From the NCBI RefSeq assembly GCF_022539665.2, contig NC_081333.1, positions 11,904,001-11,968,000 on the forward strand: a stretch of DNA of 64,000 nt, written 5' to 3'. The translations under genes and the position numbers were made by a program. Positions 1-13,268 of this stretch are shown piece after piece. The stretch is from Daphnia carinata. Its lineage: Eukaryota. Positions within the stretch are counted from its first letter, which is position 1. Each line of letters begins with the position of its first letter. Below the pieces are notes generated by a model that saw nothing but the letters and a program-made list of their open reading frames with translations, had not been told where the DNA came from and made no database searches.

Positions 1-1048
1 TCCGTAAAAAACTAAAACACCTAATTACTAGTGAATTCCCTGTCTATCCATTATGATGTAGTATACTAGCGTAATTTCAATAACCGGAATGGAGACCTCT
101 GAGTTAGGATGCAGCAAAATCTCTAAAGTAATAGCTGATGAATAACCGATGAAGTTTTTTTAAAAAAACATATGCATATGCATTCACGTTTCCGAATGAG
201 AGACCTGTGGTCAAAGGAAACCACTGGCCAGGGGTGTGAAACTATGAAAAAAGTTCCCCGTCAACGCCCCTGGAATTGGCTCTTGATAGATTGCTAAATC
301 CATTTGAGAGAAACTTCATTTGCTGGTCATTGGAATAAGAAATTGGCCATAGAAGAGTGACACGTTTTCTAGAAGCTGCGTAGTCTAGTGTGCACACAAA
401 ACAATTGGCAAGAGAATGTTGTTGGGAAACGCTTTTGTTACCTCTTAAAGTAATTTAAAAATAATTCTAATCACCTCATTTTATGTTGCCCGTGAAATCG
501 GTGAAGCCATTGCATCGGCACGTTAAGAAAATGACTAAAAAATTTATTAATCATCGGTCGTTACAATCATGACAAACGCCAGTCGTTACTGAATACAACC
601 GATGCGTGAATTGTGGAAGTCGCTCTGATTCTTCACTCGTAGGAATCCATCAAAGAGAACAGAACATGACGAATACTAAATGAGTGTTCTAACGCATTAG
701 CAATATTCAAATTGCTGAATCAGTTCACCGACAAATACTAGTGTATAATTGACGAAACGCTGGGCTACATAGCAGGTCTGGCTGCTTGTTCATTGCAAAT
801 AACCAGAATGTCAGCTGTAAAGGGAAAGATTCGCATGAAGCCATCAATTTCATTATCGCACAAGACAAAAGGTTGGACGTGCAGGTGTTATAATTGTTGT
901 GGGTCAAGAATGATATTCCTGCGGTTTTCAAAAAAGGTAACTTTTCGGAAGAGCAACATCGATTTGCTTAGCTTTCGTACTAAGATAGAATGTATTTCAG
1001 TTCAAGATAATTTTAGTTTACAATTGACTTATAATCGATGTGGTACAT

Positions 1049-1791
1049 CTAATATTTTGTTGGATATTTGGGAGCTGAGTAGGACGGGCTGGGATATGCA
1101 GGGCTTGGGTATTTAGGCGCAGAATAAGCAGGGCTTGGGTAAGATGGGCTTGGATAAGCCGGGCTTGGGTAACCAGCGGGTTTGTAAGCTGGCTTGTATT
1201 CCTTGGCCTCTCCTTCGTACTTAACGTCAGCGACGAAACCAGTGTAGTCGTCAGCCTTGTAGTTCACGATTTGTGTACGGCCGTCAGGAAGAAGAGTTCG
1301 GTAAGAACCAGTGACGTAACCCTTGTCATCACTGGTCTCTTGGTGAGCGTAGTCGTTGTAGGAAGGATCGTCCTTAACGGCCCAGTTAAAGCTGTATGGC
1401 ATGGGGGCCTAGTGTAACAATTGAGGAAATGAATACCAGATAATGGCTTTTTACGTACTAAATACTTACGTATTCAGGAGTTTTGGCATAAGCCGGAGAA
1501 GGATAGGCGGGTGCGGGGTAGGCTGGAGCTTTGTATGCCGGAGTAGGGTATGATGGTGCAGGGTATGCCGGAGTGGGATATTGTGGCTTGGGGTACTGCG
1601 GTTTGGGGTACTGTGGCTTGGGGTAACCCTGCGAGGCTACGACGGCGACCAATGCAGCGAGGATCAAGACCTGTTATAGATGACAATTTCGATTACATTA
1701 ACAAATAAAACTCACAGAAAAACACCTCGTTTTACTTCCAAGTAGCTACTTTGTAGTAGTTTCTTTTACTGTTTGAGTTCCTTACCTTCAT
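1049..1791 (-). CDS. Cuticle protein (Rebers-Riddiford/chitin_bind_4 domain, RR-2/pro-resilin-like, YPxPA repeats), paralog 1, ~188 aa
   Basis: Exons 1791-1786 (ATG AAG), 1670-1470 and 1408-1049, all joined by GT-AG phase-0 introns. Signal peptide MKVLILAALVAVVASQ; R&R motif YSFNWAVKDD...HQETSDDKGYVTGSYRTLLPDGRTQIVNYKADDYTGFVADVKYEG; Pro/Tyr pentapeptide repeats on both sides. Confidence 0.93.
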
Positions 1792-1846
1792 GTTGTTGTC
1801 TTGGAAGTGTGGAAGCAACTGTGTCTTCTTGGCTGTTTAAGAGAGG

Positions 1847-1854
1847 CTTATATA
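1847..1854 (-). promoter_or_regulatory. TATA box of cuticle paralog 1
   Basis: TATATAAG on minus strand ~30 nt upstream of an Inr-like ACAGTT (~1817-1822); all five paralogs share this layout. Confidence 0.7.
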
Positions 1855-2572
1855 CCGGCTCAAAAAAGAAATCGAGTTAGGGCTTGGTCCAGTAAAAGGC
1901 AAGGATCATTCGTTGGCCTTCAATGCCAGCTTGCTACTGTCAAAAATTATTTAGATTTTTGTAACACCTTCTTGTGAAATGTGTTCTTGTAAAATCTTCA
2001 TGTCCATTTTTAATTTTATACAGTTGGGTATGTAGAAATTATGTCACATTAACAACCGAGTTTGAAAGGGTTATTTTGTTTAACGCATGAAAATGAATGT
2101 TGCAGTCGTGACAAATATTCATGGCTTATAACACATAACGTGCCATTGTCTCATATTTTGCAAGAGATTTTCATGAACCTGTGAGTACATCGCAGAAGAA
2201 CAGGCTCATAAGCGCGAATGTTCCGGCCGGTTTCGTAAATTCCGGAACTTTGCAGACTTCGCCCTAGCGCTCTCGTTTTTGATCTTGTAACAAAATTTAT
2301 CGATATTTGGTCATTTTCGTTAAATCGCCAGTCAGCACCAGAATCGTATATTATTTGTGCTCTTATTCGTAGGGAATTCACCTTAAACATTTGCCTTGCC
2401 TAGATTCAATTATGAGAATCAGGGATCTAAATGTTTGTACGCTGATCGCTTAAGATGGTGAATCATATTTTATTGAAAATAAAAATTCACTGGTTTGTTT
2501 TTTGCCACGATATAATGTATTTCGGTTCACGATAATTTAGTATACAATTGATTTATAGCTTAGCTGGCTCAT

Positions 2573-3274
2573 CTAATATTTGGTTGGATATTTAGCTGAT
2601 GGGTAGGCTGGGCTAGGATATGACGGGCTTGGGTAAGATGGGCTTGGGTACGCTGGGCTTGGGTAAGCAGCGGGCTTGTAAGCAGGCTTGTTGTAGTCGT
2701 ACTTGGCTTCTCCTTGGTACTGGACATCGGCTACGTATCCATAATCATCGGCTTTGTAGTTGACAACTTGAACACGACCATCAGGAAGAAGAGTGCGGTA
2801 AGATCCAGTAACGTATCCCTTGTCATCAGCGGTTTCTTGGTGAGCATAGTCGTTGTAGGAGGGATCGTCCTTTACGGCCCAGTTAAAGCTGTATGGCATG
2901 GGGGCCTAAAGTTTAATGTGTTAATCATTAGATCAGACAAATAAGGTGCTTGTTTTCGTGACTTACATATTCGGGAGCCTTGTACGACGGAGACGGATAG
3001 GCAGGGGCAGGGTACGCTGGAGCTTTGTAAGCCGGAGCTGGGTAAGCTGGAGCAGGGTATGCTGGGGCAGGATACTGCGGTTTGGGGTACTGTGGCTTGG
3101 GGTAGCCTTGTGAGGCTACGACGGCGACCAATGCAGCGAGAATAAAGATCTGTGCACACAAGACAAGGGAGTACCAGAAAGGAATTAAGTTTACAATGAA
3201 CATATTTCCCTTTTCACTAAACCAGGCATAGTTTGTACTTAGTTCATATTGTTGATTTAGTCCCTTACCTTCAT
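2573..3274 (-). CDS. Cuticle protein (R&R domain, YPxPA repeats), paralog 2, ~173 aa
   Basis: Exons 3274-3269, 3149-2967 and 2905-2573; GT-AG phase-0 introns; signal peptide MKIFILAALVAVVASQ; R&R motif ...GSYRTLLPDGRVQVVNYKADDYGYVADVQYQG. Confidence 0.93.
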
Positions 3275-3330
3275 GTTGATGCGTTGAAAGTTTGGAAGAA
3301 ACTGTGCCTTCTTGGTCAGCGGAAAGGTGC

Positions 3331-3337
3331 TTTTATA
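3331..3337 (-). promoter_or_regulatory. TATA box of cuticle paralog 2
   Basis: TATAAAA on minus strand; flanking sequence homologous to the paralog 1 promoter. Confidence 0.7.
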
Positions 3338-4093
3338 CCGGCAGAAAAAAGAAATCGAGTTAAGGTTGGAACCTTTCAGTCGATGATCGCTAGCGGTATG
3401 GTAAATGAACTTCGAAAACACCAAACCTGCTCTGATAATCACTTGCATTTCTGGAAAGCAAATTACTCGGTATAATACTAGAATATGTCAGTTCCTTGAA
3501 GTTTTTTTTAGGTAACTGCTCATTTGTCTTGTTATTCTTTAATTTCTTTTCACCAGAAGGCAAGGGGTATTTTTCTTTCTTCTGATTATGCAGCTAGATT
3601 TCTGTACCTGTTCTTCTGTCTGTCTATTTGCTCATTTTTGCGCACACCGTAATTACAGAAAAAGATGCTATTCAAAGAGGACGCCAATTATCAAGAGCAA
3701 AAACTATTGTCTTTGGCTGACTAGATAATCATTTAACTCCATTGCGCTTTGTTCTTGCATGTCGTACTTATCCAACGTACTGATCACACGATCTTTAATA
3801 TGGCCCAAACAAGACGTATGGTAGTAAGCAAGTTCGTTTAACTGAAGTGGACATGTAAACGTAACCAGTATTCCATGGATTTGGATTTCAAAGCATCCTG
3901 TCATTATTTTTAGAACGACTTGCTTGCCACACAATGATCATTTACGTCAGGGTTTAATTTTCAAAGTAGATTTACAAAAGGAAAGCAAAGTAGGTAAAAG
4001 CAGCCAATGACTCTGGAGTGTTTATATTTCATCGAATTGTATTTGAATTCCAAATAATTTAGCATAGGGTTGATTTGTAACTTTTCGGTTCAT

Positions 4094-4845
4094 CTAGTAC
4101 TTGGTTGGGTATTTGGGAGCTGGGTAGGCTGGGCTAGGATATTTAGGTGCAGGGTAAGCTGGGCTTGGGTAAGCTGGGCTTGGGTAAGCTGGGCTTGGGT
4201 AAGCTGGGCTTGGGTAAGCTGGGCTTGGGTAAGCAGGGCTTGGGTAACCAGCGGGTTTGTAAGCTGGCTTGTATTCCTTGGCCTCTCCTTCATATTTGAC
4301 ATCAGCTACGTAACCGGTGTAGTCATCGGCTTTGTAGTTGACGATCTGAGTGCGACCATCAGGAAGAAGAGTTCGGTAAGAACCAGTGACGTAACCCTTG
4401 TCATCAGCGGTCTCTTGGTGAGCGTAGTCGTTGTAGGAAGGATCGTCCTTCACGTTCCAGGCGAAGCTGTATGGCATGGGGGCCTAAAATTCAACGCATA
4501 AATCTTTAGATCAGAGAAATAAGATGCGCGTTTTCATGACTTACATATTCAGGTGTCTTGTACGACGGAGACGGATAGGCAGGGGCAGGGTAAGCTGGAG
4601 CTTTGTAAGCCGGAGCTGGGTAGGCTGGAGCTTTGTAAGCAGGAGTTGGGTATGCCGGAGCAGGATATGCCGGAGTAGTGTATTGAGGCTTGGGGTAGCC
4701 CTGAGAAGCCACGACGGCGACCAATGCAGCGAGGATGAAGACCTTTTTTTATTAAAATGATAACAGAAATCAAGTTAATAAAGGGACGATTTTTAAAGTG
4801 GATTTGAAATGAATTCCTAAACTAGTTTGTATTTCTTACTTTCAT
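4094..4845 (-). CDS. Cuticle protein (R&R domain, YPSPA repeats), paralog 3, ~197 aa
   Basis: Exons 4845-4840, 4742-4545 and 4483-4094; GT-AG phase-0 introns; intact R&R motif; near-perfect 15-nt tandem repeat encoding YPSPA at ~4153-4230. Confidence 0.93.
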
Positions 4846-4901
4846 GTTGTTGCTTTAGAAGTTTGAATGAAACTGTGCCTTCCCAAACAGCAAAACAGGC
4901 C

Positions 4902-4908
4902 TTATATA
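4902..4908 (-). promoter_or_regulatory. TATA box of cuticle paralog 3
   Basis: TATATAA on minus strand ~30 nt upstream of ACAGTT (~4872-4877). Confidence 0.65.
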
Positions 4909-7900
4909 CGCAACGAATGAAAACCAAGCTATAAGTTTTCATATATGTGAAAACATATTTTTGGCTTTTAGAACAAATAGTTAGTTATATCGAGCAACCT
5001 TCGCCCATGTGACGTCATGGTGTTCCACTTTTAGTTTTTACCCACAAGCGTTTGTGCGGTGGATAGAGATTGCGGCTGCAACGAACAATAACGACGATGG
5101 ACGGCCCATCCCTTTACGCAAGCGAAAACATTCCGCTAACAGCTGTACTTGCGTTTCTTGTGCAGGCAAGTCAACGTATTATGTTATTCTCCTTTAAAAG
5201 ATAATAAAAGAGTGAAGATCTGTGAGCAAAAGCCAATTATTCTAGTTTGCCCTCTCGTTTCCATGACAACAGATAACAGGTGGAAACGAATTTCAATCAA
5301 CGAATGGTACCTTAACCTTTTACATCTGTCCCATAATAAAATAGCGTATAATAACAGCTAGTTTTTTTTTTACACCAGTCGTTAAACAAACATCAAACTA
5401 TTGACCAATTTTCTTGGGCTCCCTGTTAAGAAATTCCGAGTAAAAATTTTTCAATTTTCTATCGGGGATTTTCCATTCGTGCATCAGTGCTCCGTTGAAA
5501 GTCGATCTACTGAATTCTACCGTCAACACATTGCTACTTTCAGTTCCTAATGTAATTCCATCTCCTCACCGTTAAGTGTTCATAACAACCGGTTCTCTAA
5601 AAAAGGCGACCAACGATCTATAAAACTTCCATTTACGCAGCATCCCATCTGTAGCAGTAAAACGAGCGCCGGATGTCGTGAGCGAATCACGAAACGTGCA
5701 AATTGCGACACCCACATTCGAACCGTAATTACTTGGCACGACTCACTACGACACCCAAAATAATAACGAAAGGGAAACAAAACAAAAAATTCACTTGGAT
5801 GCTACGATGTGGCAATCTCATTTCGTTTTTGCCGCCTTTGGGCCTCCCGGCAACGTTGGCGAAAGAAAAAGTCGGTTACCTTTTTTACTGCAAACTCTTA
5901 TTTATTCATTACTCTCGTTTTTTTTTTAACGTTCACTTAGGGTTCTACCATTTACGATTTTTCTTGTATATTCGCAAAACGGCGCGTTCGTTCCGTGAAA
6001 AAGGGATATTACCAATGACTGTTTTCCTTTCTACGTCTGTAATTGTCTTTCAGGTTAGAATTGGTCATCGCCGACAGCAAGACACAAAGTGGTTGCCATA
6101 CATACGTTTTATCGAGGTTGATAGGCGTGTAGTTGTTCCCAGGATTATTATCACACTTCTAAAAACGAATTCAAACATTTTATGCGTATGACGTAAATCA
6201 TCGGTAGGGTGTGGTTCGTCGATGAAATCAAACTGTGGCTGCAGGCTTATACTCTCGCGGTTAAGTTCGCAGTTTAAGGGTACAATAATTAAATTAGATT
6301 TTCCTGTTTCTGTCTGGAAAAGTTTTGAATGATTGTGAGAGAGTGATTTTACCCAATAGGCTCATGATTGTGCTCCGCTTCGATTGAGTTTCAACGCACG
6401 TGAAAGTTGCCATGCATAACAGAAACAAGAGCTAGATGGCTCAGATCCATCACGGGAGGCGGTGATTGCTTTTCCGTGCAAAATCAACCGCAATGACGTG
6501 ATGGTTAGGGACGTTTACCACTAGATATTTTCATGCCACAAAAAGTAAAATTCCTCGTTGTCGCTAAAAATCTCAAGTCGTGATGTTCTTTTCTTTGCTA
6601 TTTTGCGATCAGTTTTGCGCCAGTAATGGGGAGCGTGTTAGCCTTTAATTGAGCGTTTCGTAGTACATCACGTTTGTGCCATTCTTTATCTTTCTTTATT
6701 AGCCAGCAAGCATTTTTTCGCTAAAAAACTGCGCGTGCTGTGTTCGTGAAAATCATTTCACTTTCTGCGCAAAACTTCAAATGTCTTACTTCATCATAAT
6801 ATCGCAATACACTGCCAGTTGTTTTGGCAAAACACCAAGGCCGATTTAGCGGGCCAGTAATAGTTAACCAATTAATGACTGTCTGCATCCTTCTTTAAAA
6901 TTTTCATGGCAATTTTTTTATTCTTTAGCAAGAAGGTAAATTCTAAAGCCGCAGCGATGCGTGTTTGAATACGATAACACGCTCATGGCTGAAAGGGTTG
7001 TTCCATTTCTTTTGCGTTTTAAACTTCTTTTTCATTAATATAACCCCAATCTTGTCTGCATCGACTTCTTGCTTCGCGTGTACTTGTATTTTCCCGGCTT
7101 TCGCACAATCCTTTCACACCAATCACACCATGACTTTGTCCTATCTTTGTTGTCTCGGTAGTTTTTGTTAACATTGTATTGCCATATGTTTCATGACTTC
7201 ATCGTTCCTGTTGCGTTCTTGGTGTTTCCAGTACAATTAAAGCAGGTATCCTATTTAATTGGATCCAGATTCTATGTAAGCATACGAATAAAAGTGTAAC
7301 CACGAAAACAAAACCAGGTTACCGCACAACTTGTACTTTAACAAAAAAAATCTCATTTGAGCATTTAAATACATTTGTCGGTACTTTGTTTTTGAATTAC
7401 TGCCCATTTTCTTTTGTTTTTTTTAATGTCTACTTTGTTTCTTAATGCGCAATGTTCCCCCGCTCTTTTTTCAACTCGCGTTTTCACTTTCTTTTTTTCC
7501 TCGCCAGGTATAATGTCATTTACATGCTCTTTCTGCTTTGCTATGGTTCGCTTTTGACTTTTACTTTGTTCTGCTGTATTAGGGTCTTTCGGTGGGTTTT
7601 CAGCTGCGCTACTACGGGCTTGATTTCGGATTTGACCTCGTTCAAAACGATACTCACCGCATTCGGTATGATCAAAACAAAAGTATTGCATGTGCAATAA
7701 CCAACGGGGGATTGCGATCTGTTGCTTTGTTTACCCCCATTATGGACAGATTAGTCTAGAGAGTCAACATACGATCGAGCCCTTTCACAAAGTTCAATGT
7801 TGCGCCATAGAGCAAACTGAAAGGAAGTGATCAGAAAGTGCCTTCCAGTGACGCGAAACGCAAGACACGCGAAAAAGCGTTACAACAATATACGCGCACA

Positions 7901-10608
7901 TAACATGAAATTTCGGCTTCACGCTGGTGAGATTCCGTTACGTTTTCTACACTTCCCAGCGGCGCACTCCCATGTCGATACCAGCAGGAGTCGCAGTTAT
8001 TGTATCAAGTGGCCGGCATACAAAACCTAAGTGTGTTTGTCGGCAGCAACAAAAAAATAGTGGAAAGGGAAAAAAGAAAAAAAAAATTCCCGGTATCATC
8101 GAAAGTCGTTATTGACACCACCATACGATGATGACGAGACCGCACATTGTGTGTGAGTACAAAAAATTCAATGTTTTCTCTCCACACGCACTACGTCACG
8201 GTACTCTTATTTTTATTCTGCGTGAAACAAAATAAAAAATTGAATGTTCCTCTTGACATTAATGATAGAGAATTGATGATCATGATTGGAAGGTGAATTT
8301 GAAACGAGTTGCCAGAATCGTGTGTCCTGTCTCATCATATAAAACTGATGAGTTCACTGTTAACTACACGTTCATCGTAGGTGTTCATAGACCCACCGCG
8401 ACAAAAAAATTACACGTTAAGGCATCGTTGTTTGATAGATTGCTGATTACTTTGTTTACTATGTTCTGTCGTAGAAAAAAAGGTGTTAAAGAATTTTGCT
8501 TTTCAGGTATAGGTAATCTATTTTAGAATTCCATGGCCGGCTGAATCATCGCATAACGAGAGAGAGAGAGAGAAAGAGGCACGAAACAGATTCATTCTGC
8601 CCACCCTCGATTTTAACGACATTTGTGGATTGGGGATCAATAGCTACGGTAGGCTAACGCATCGCACTCTTCCGAATATGGTCTATGTTACCGCAACGTG
8701 AATAACATAGCGTGAATGCTGGATATTATTAATAGGAAAAGGTCAAACAATTCAACTCTCTCCCGTTTCTTGTGTCTACCGTTGCCTTTTTTCGCCTACA
8801 ATCGGAGTACAACGAACGAAAAACCGCTGCGGGAGAAAATGGTGTTGTCGTGAGCGCTTCGTGACTTTTCCCAAATCACGGATGAGAGGCGAAACGAGGT
8901 TACGCTAGAATTGGGAGCGGTCCAACCACCACCACCTTTATCTGTCCGCTTTGTCTCTGCATGTAGTACATCATCGCAATTTTAGGCAAGAAAAAAAAAG
9001 AGAAAGTCGAGCTTCATTGCCTCTTCTTTTTGCGCACATTGATGTCGGTGACGGCAAGCCAACTCGAACGAAAACGAAAGCACGCGGGAGTTCCAGAAAA
9101 AAAACGCCATGCATTGTGATTAGGAAGCCCGTGGCCGACCACTAGAACATGGTAAATAAATTTCCTGAGCACAATGGCGCACGAGACAGACGGTTAAAAA
9201 TAATAGTTACAATTGTGTTCAGCCGCCAAGAATGGCTGTGTATATAAAAATTCGTGAATGACATGACGTAACCTTCCCTCTAGGTGTATTGTGTCATCAA
9301 GCCTGTTTTTCATCTTAACGCGACAGTTGTGTCTGTTGACAAAGCGTTCGATCGACATCAAGTTATGAAAGGGATATAAAAATAGTTATGACAGTAAGTG
9401 AAGGACTTTATTGGGGCGTTTAGATTTGCATATCAAGGGTCTTTGACCTTCACCAAACCTGAAATAAACGACATTTTGGCACCTTGTTTGCCTCTGTGGT
9501 TTTCTTAGTTCTTTATTTCTTGTTCTTACATTCGGATTGATGAGCTTAATTAAGAAAAACTATTTTTTTTTGTTTTTATGCTATCAGTCCATGTTTCCAT
9601 AGAAAAGGTAATACGTCATCCTGTCATGTTGGTGGGCGTTTTCCTTTTTCTTTCTTCGCCCCCACTTTAGACGATGCAAACGATTAAAGGTCGTTGAAGG
9701 TTGAGGGTTTCTAACTCTTCCCAGCAAAGCTGTAGTTCCGAGTAGACAAAACTAATCTGACTAATTGCCTGTAAACCGCCTCACAATTCGAGACAGAGAG
9801 AGTCAGAATGTTTCCACGTTCTCTATTGTGAAGAAGCGGTCAGTTGTTTTGTTTCGAGGACAGGGAAAACTAGAACCGTGTCCAATCATATGGAAACAAA
9901 ATTTCACTCACGAGCTGTCATCTTTTCTTTTTTTTCGTGTTTTATTTTCGGTTTAAATCCATACAATTGTTTGCTACAATAGGAGCCATTAAACTGAGCT
10001 TAATACCGTGCGTCGCTTGTTCTCAATATTCGTTTCACGCCTTCTGGTGAATGATGTGGTTCTTAAAATAGATAGTGCTTTTGACTTGAACTGTTAAGGA
10101 AAGCGGGGACTTGTGGATTTGACGTCGACAAAGAAGTGACGTATTTAAAATAAATCGCACATACCAAATAGTTATTGGAAAAGCTGTGCAATATGGACGA
10201 GGTGTGGGTGGTTGTTATTGCTTAATCGGCCACCATGATGGACCCACGCTTGGAAATGGCCTTCGTTGAAAATAGGTAAGTCACACCTTAAACTTAACTT
10301 CACATATGTCGAAGAGATGTTCAAAAAACGGATAATGCGTGTACGGAAACGAGATAATTACTGCGTTTCTTCCTGCGGTTGTTCAGATTGTTCGCTATGT
10401 TCGACACGAGACATCACAACCAGATTTTTCTGCCTGAATGAATAAAAACTTTCACTTCGGATCAACATCAAAGAAAAACAAAGAGTCATTGATTGATAAA
10501 CCACTTCATTTATTCTCCGGCTTCTTTAAATTCTCTGTTTAATTTACAGCCGTTGGCAATAATGACATTTTTTTTTTTACCCAATCTCGAATCTCGTGTT
10601 TATCTTGT

Positions 10609-11367
10609 TTAGTATTTGGGGTAGGCGGGAGCAGGGTAGGATGGTGTTGGATATGCTGGAGCGGGGTAGGCTGGTGTGGGGTAGGCTGGAGCAGGGTAAG
10701 CTGGTGTGGGGTAGGCTGGAGCAGGGTAAGCTGGTGTGGGGTAGGCTGGAGCAGGGTAAGCTGGAGCAGGATAAGCGGCCTTGTAGGCGGGTTTGTACTC
10801 GGGGTACTTGGCCTCTCCGTCGTACTTGACATCAGCGACGTAGCCGGTGTAGTCATCGGCCTTGTAGGTGACGGTCTGAGTGCGGCCGTCTGGGAGAAGG
10901 ACGCGGTAAGATCCGGAGACGTAGCCCTTGCCGTCGCTGGTCTCTTGGTGAGCGTAGTCGTTGTAGGTGTAGTCATCCTTGACGGCCCAGGCGAAATCGT
11001 ATGGCATCGGGGCCTAGTTAATTTCGTGAAAATTGGCGAAACGAATAAGTAAGTTAAATCATTTTGGTAAATGCATTTCACCACTAGGAACTTACATATT
11101 CAGGGCTCTTTTGGTAAGGAGCAGGGTAGGCTGGAGCGGGGTAAGCTGGAGTAGGATAAGCTGGAGCAGGGTAAGCCGGAGCGGAGTAGGCCGGAGCAGG
11201 GTAAGCTGGAGCGGAGTAGGCCGGAGCGGGGTAGGCCGGTGCAGGGTAAGCAACGTTGGCGGCAACAGCAGCGAACAGGGCGGAGAGGATGATGACCTGA
11301 TTTAAATGTTATGATGAGTTACAATCAAACTAATGTTTAAAGGAAAAGAAGCAGATCCCACCTTCAT
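10609..11367 (-). CDS. Cuticle protein (R&R domain, YPAPA/YPTPA repeats), paralog 4, ~203 aa
   Basis: Exons 11367-11362, 11296-11096 and 11013-10609; GT-AG phase-0 introns; signal peptide MKVIILSALFAAVAAN; R&R motif YDFAWAVKDD...GSYRVLLPDGRTQTVTYKADDYTGYVADVKYDG. Confidence 0.93.
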
Positions 11368-11425
11368 GTTGCTTGTAGTGTTCTGGTTGTTGTAGAACTG
11401 ATGACATTCGGAACTTCGGCTTCGC

Positions 11426-11433
11426 TTTTTATA
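11426..11433 (-). promoter_or_regulatory. TATA box of cuticle paralog 4
   Basis: TATAAAAA on minus strand with a canonical arthropod initiator TCAGTT at ~11396-11401. Confidence 0.75.
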
Positions 11434-13200
11434 GGACATTTAGAAAAGTGACCGCTTCTATGTCACTTCCTTTTAGCATCGAAATCAATATGATAGGGAC
11501 AAAAAGGAACAAGTACTTTCGATAATAAAATGGGTGCGGTCTGAGTCGAAAATATTTTTGCCCTTGTACGTTAAACATACAGATAATTGTCCCCATTCTC
11601 ACTAAAATGGTTCGCAATCCTCTCCCTGTCTTTACTTGTTTGTTATGTATGATTGCGAAAACGATTCTTTTGGTCTCGTTTAGCGCACCTTTCTCTCCTT
11701 TCTTCGACTCTGTGGCCTACAAGCGGCGAAGGCGATCGATTTCTATTTTTCTATTATTTATTTAGCAGGTGTAATAGAATAGGTGTCGAGTGGATGCATA
11801 GGGATGCGCCAGAGATATTTGGTTGTTATTGCAATTGAATGTATGTTCCATGTTTGCTTGCGGACGTCCTTCGGATTGTCAATTTACTAATGGGGTAGTT
11901 ACTTTATGAGTGGACGTCCTTCAAATCGCTAACTTGCCAATGATAGTTGCGACATAACTGTCTTACTCTCACGGCTGTAAGTATGACAATTGAATGGACA
12001 AGTGGAGCAAGGTCATCAATCTTCTTCGTTTCCAGTGTTTTTTGTTTCTTAACTGTTACAGTCTGATGGCGAACCATGAACCAACATGTAATACCTTGAA
12101 AATACTTCGATACATCTGGCTGGATTTCCGCATCGCAGTTAAAAAAACAAAAAAACTAAAAGCTTAAACGAGCTCTGAACAATGCCAAGGAAAAACGAAA
12201 TTAGAAACATGATTCTGACGTAACTTGCAAGATCTCGAATCTTTAGGCAAGTTACAGACGGGTGGGGCGTGTTGGACTGGTATGTGCGTCAAAAATTCCG
12301 CAAATGGTAGTTTATGGTTAAAAATAAATCTTCAAGTCAGCCACGTTGGACTCGGGTCACGACCACCACATCGTATATGTATGAAAACACCAGATTTCGC
12401 CATTTCGTAACAATGGCGTTACAACCGAATAAGGAGAATGAGGTGATTCTTACGCCTATCTACTTGCACTAGTAGATCGAAAATCGTGATGGTCGACAAA
12501 CGTGATCTACTTTCAACCTTTCTTTTGTTCGACCTTGCTAAGCTGAGATGGTCAGATTGTTGTGTATCTCGAATTATTTTTGCTGGACACAATACTAAAA
12601 TACCACCCTTCGTCGTGCGGCCAATGGCCTTGTTGATCAAGCAATCCTCCATCATGACACATTTGGTCTATTTGTTCATTCTTTTAAATTGTTTAAAAGT
12701 AGGAGAGTAGCCGATGAGTAACCGATTCACGAACATATGCCAGTTATGGTAACTGTTTTCGCTTTCATTCGATAAAAAATTAGAAAGAACGGCGTAAATG
12801 TAGCACAATTCAAGGCTGGTTTTATGTATCTCGCACCACGGGCGAAACGTCCTTTCTTTTAAAGAACAGTACATAGTTATCCACCGCTATCATTTTCATT
12901 TCTGTTACAATAACCTAAAACGGGAGGAAAGCGATGCACGAATGAGTCCTCCGTCCATCGTTAGATTCCTCACGGCCCCACCCAGCGACCTAGCCTTGAG
13001 GCGTGTTTAACGTCGCGGTCATGGGCAATTTCATCGAACAACTCGCTTCTTCTTCTAAACGCAAGACTAGTTATAGGGAAAAGTGAAACTTTACGGCGGC
13101 AAGAGCCATGTTTTGTAGTATAACATGGATTATTTGGACCACTGCGCGGAGGATTATGGCCAAGCAAAGAATTGCATGTAGTGCAGCGCAACCAGAACCG

Positions 13201-13238
13201 TATAAAAGTAGCCGAGACCTTTCGAATGGACATCAGTT
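13201..13238 (+). promoter_or_regulatory. TATA box and initiator of cuticle paralog 5
   Basis: TATAAAAG at 13201 and TCAGTT Inr at 13233-13238; ATG at 13269. Confidence 0.75.
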
Positions 13239-13268
13239 GTTTGCTCAGCTCAATCCGACATTCTCAAC

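Noticed and set aside
4150..4235. Regular short repeats suggesting a CRISPR-like array
   Set aside because: They are contiguous coding repeats with no unique spacers, in a eukaryotic context without cas genes.
5000..10500. Possible additional cuticle gene in the gap between paralogs 3 and 4 (TATA-like motifs at 9241 and 9375)
   Set aside because: No R&R motif, YPxPA repeats or matching exon structure found on either strand.
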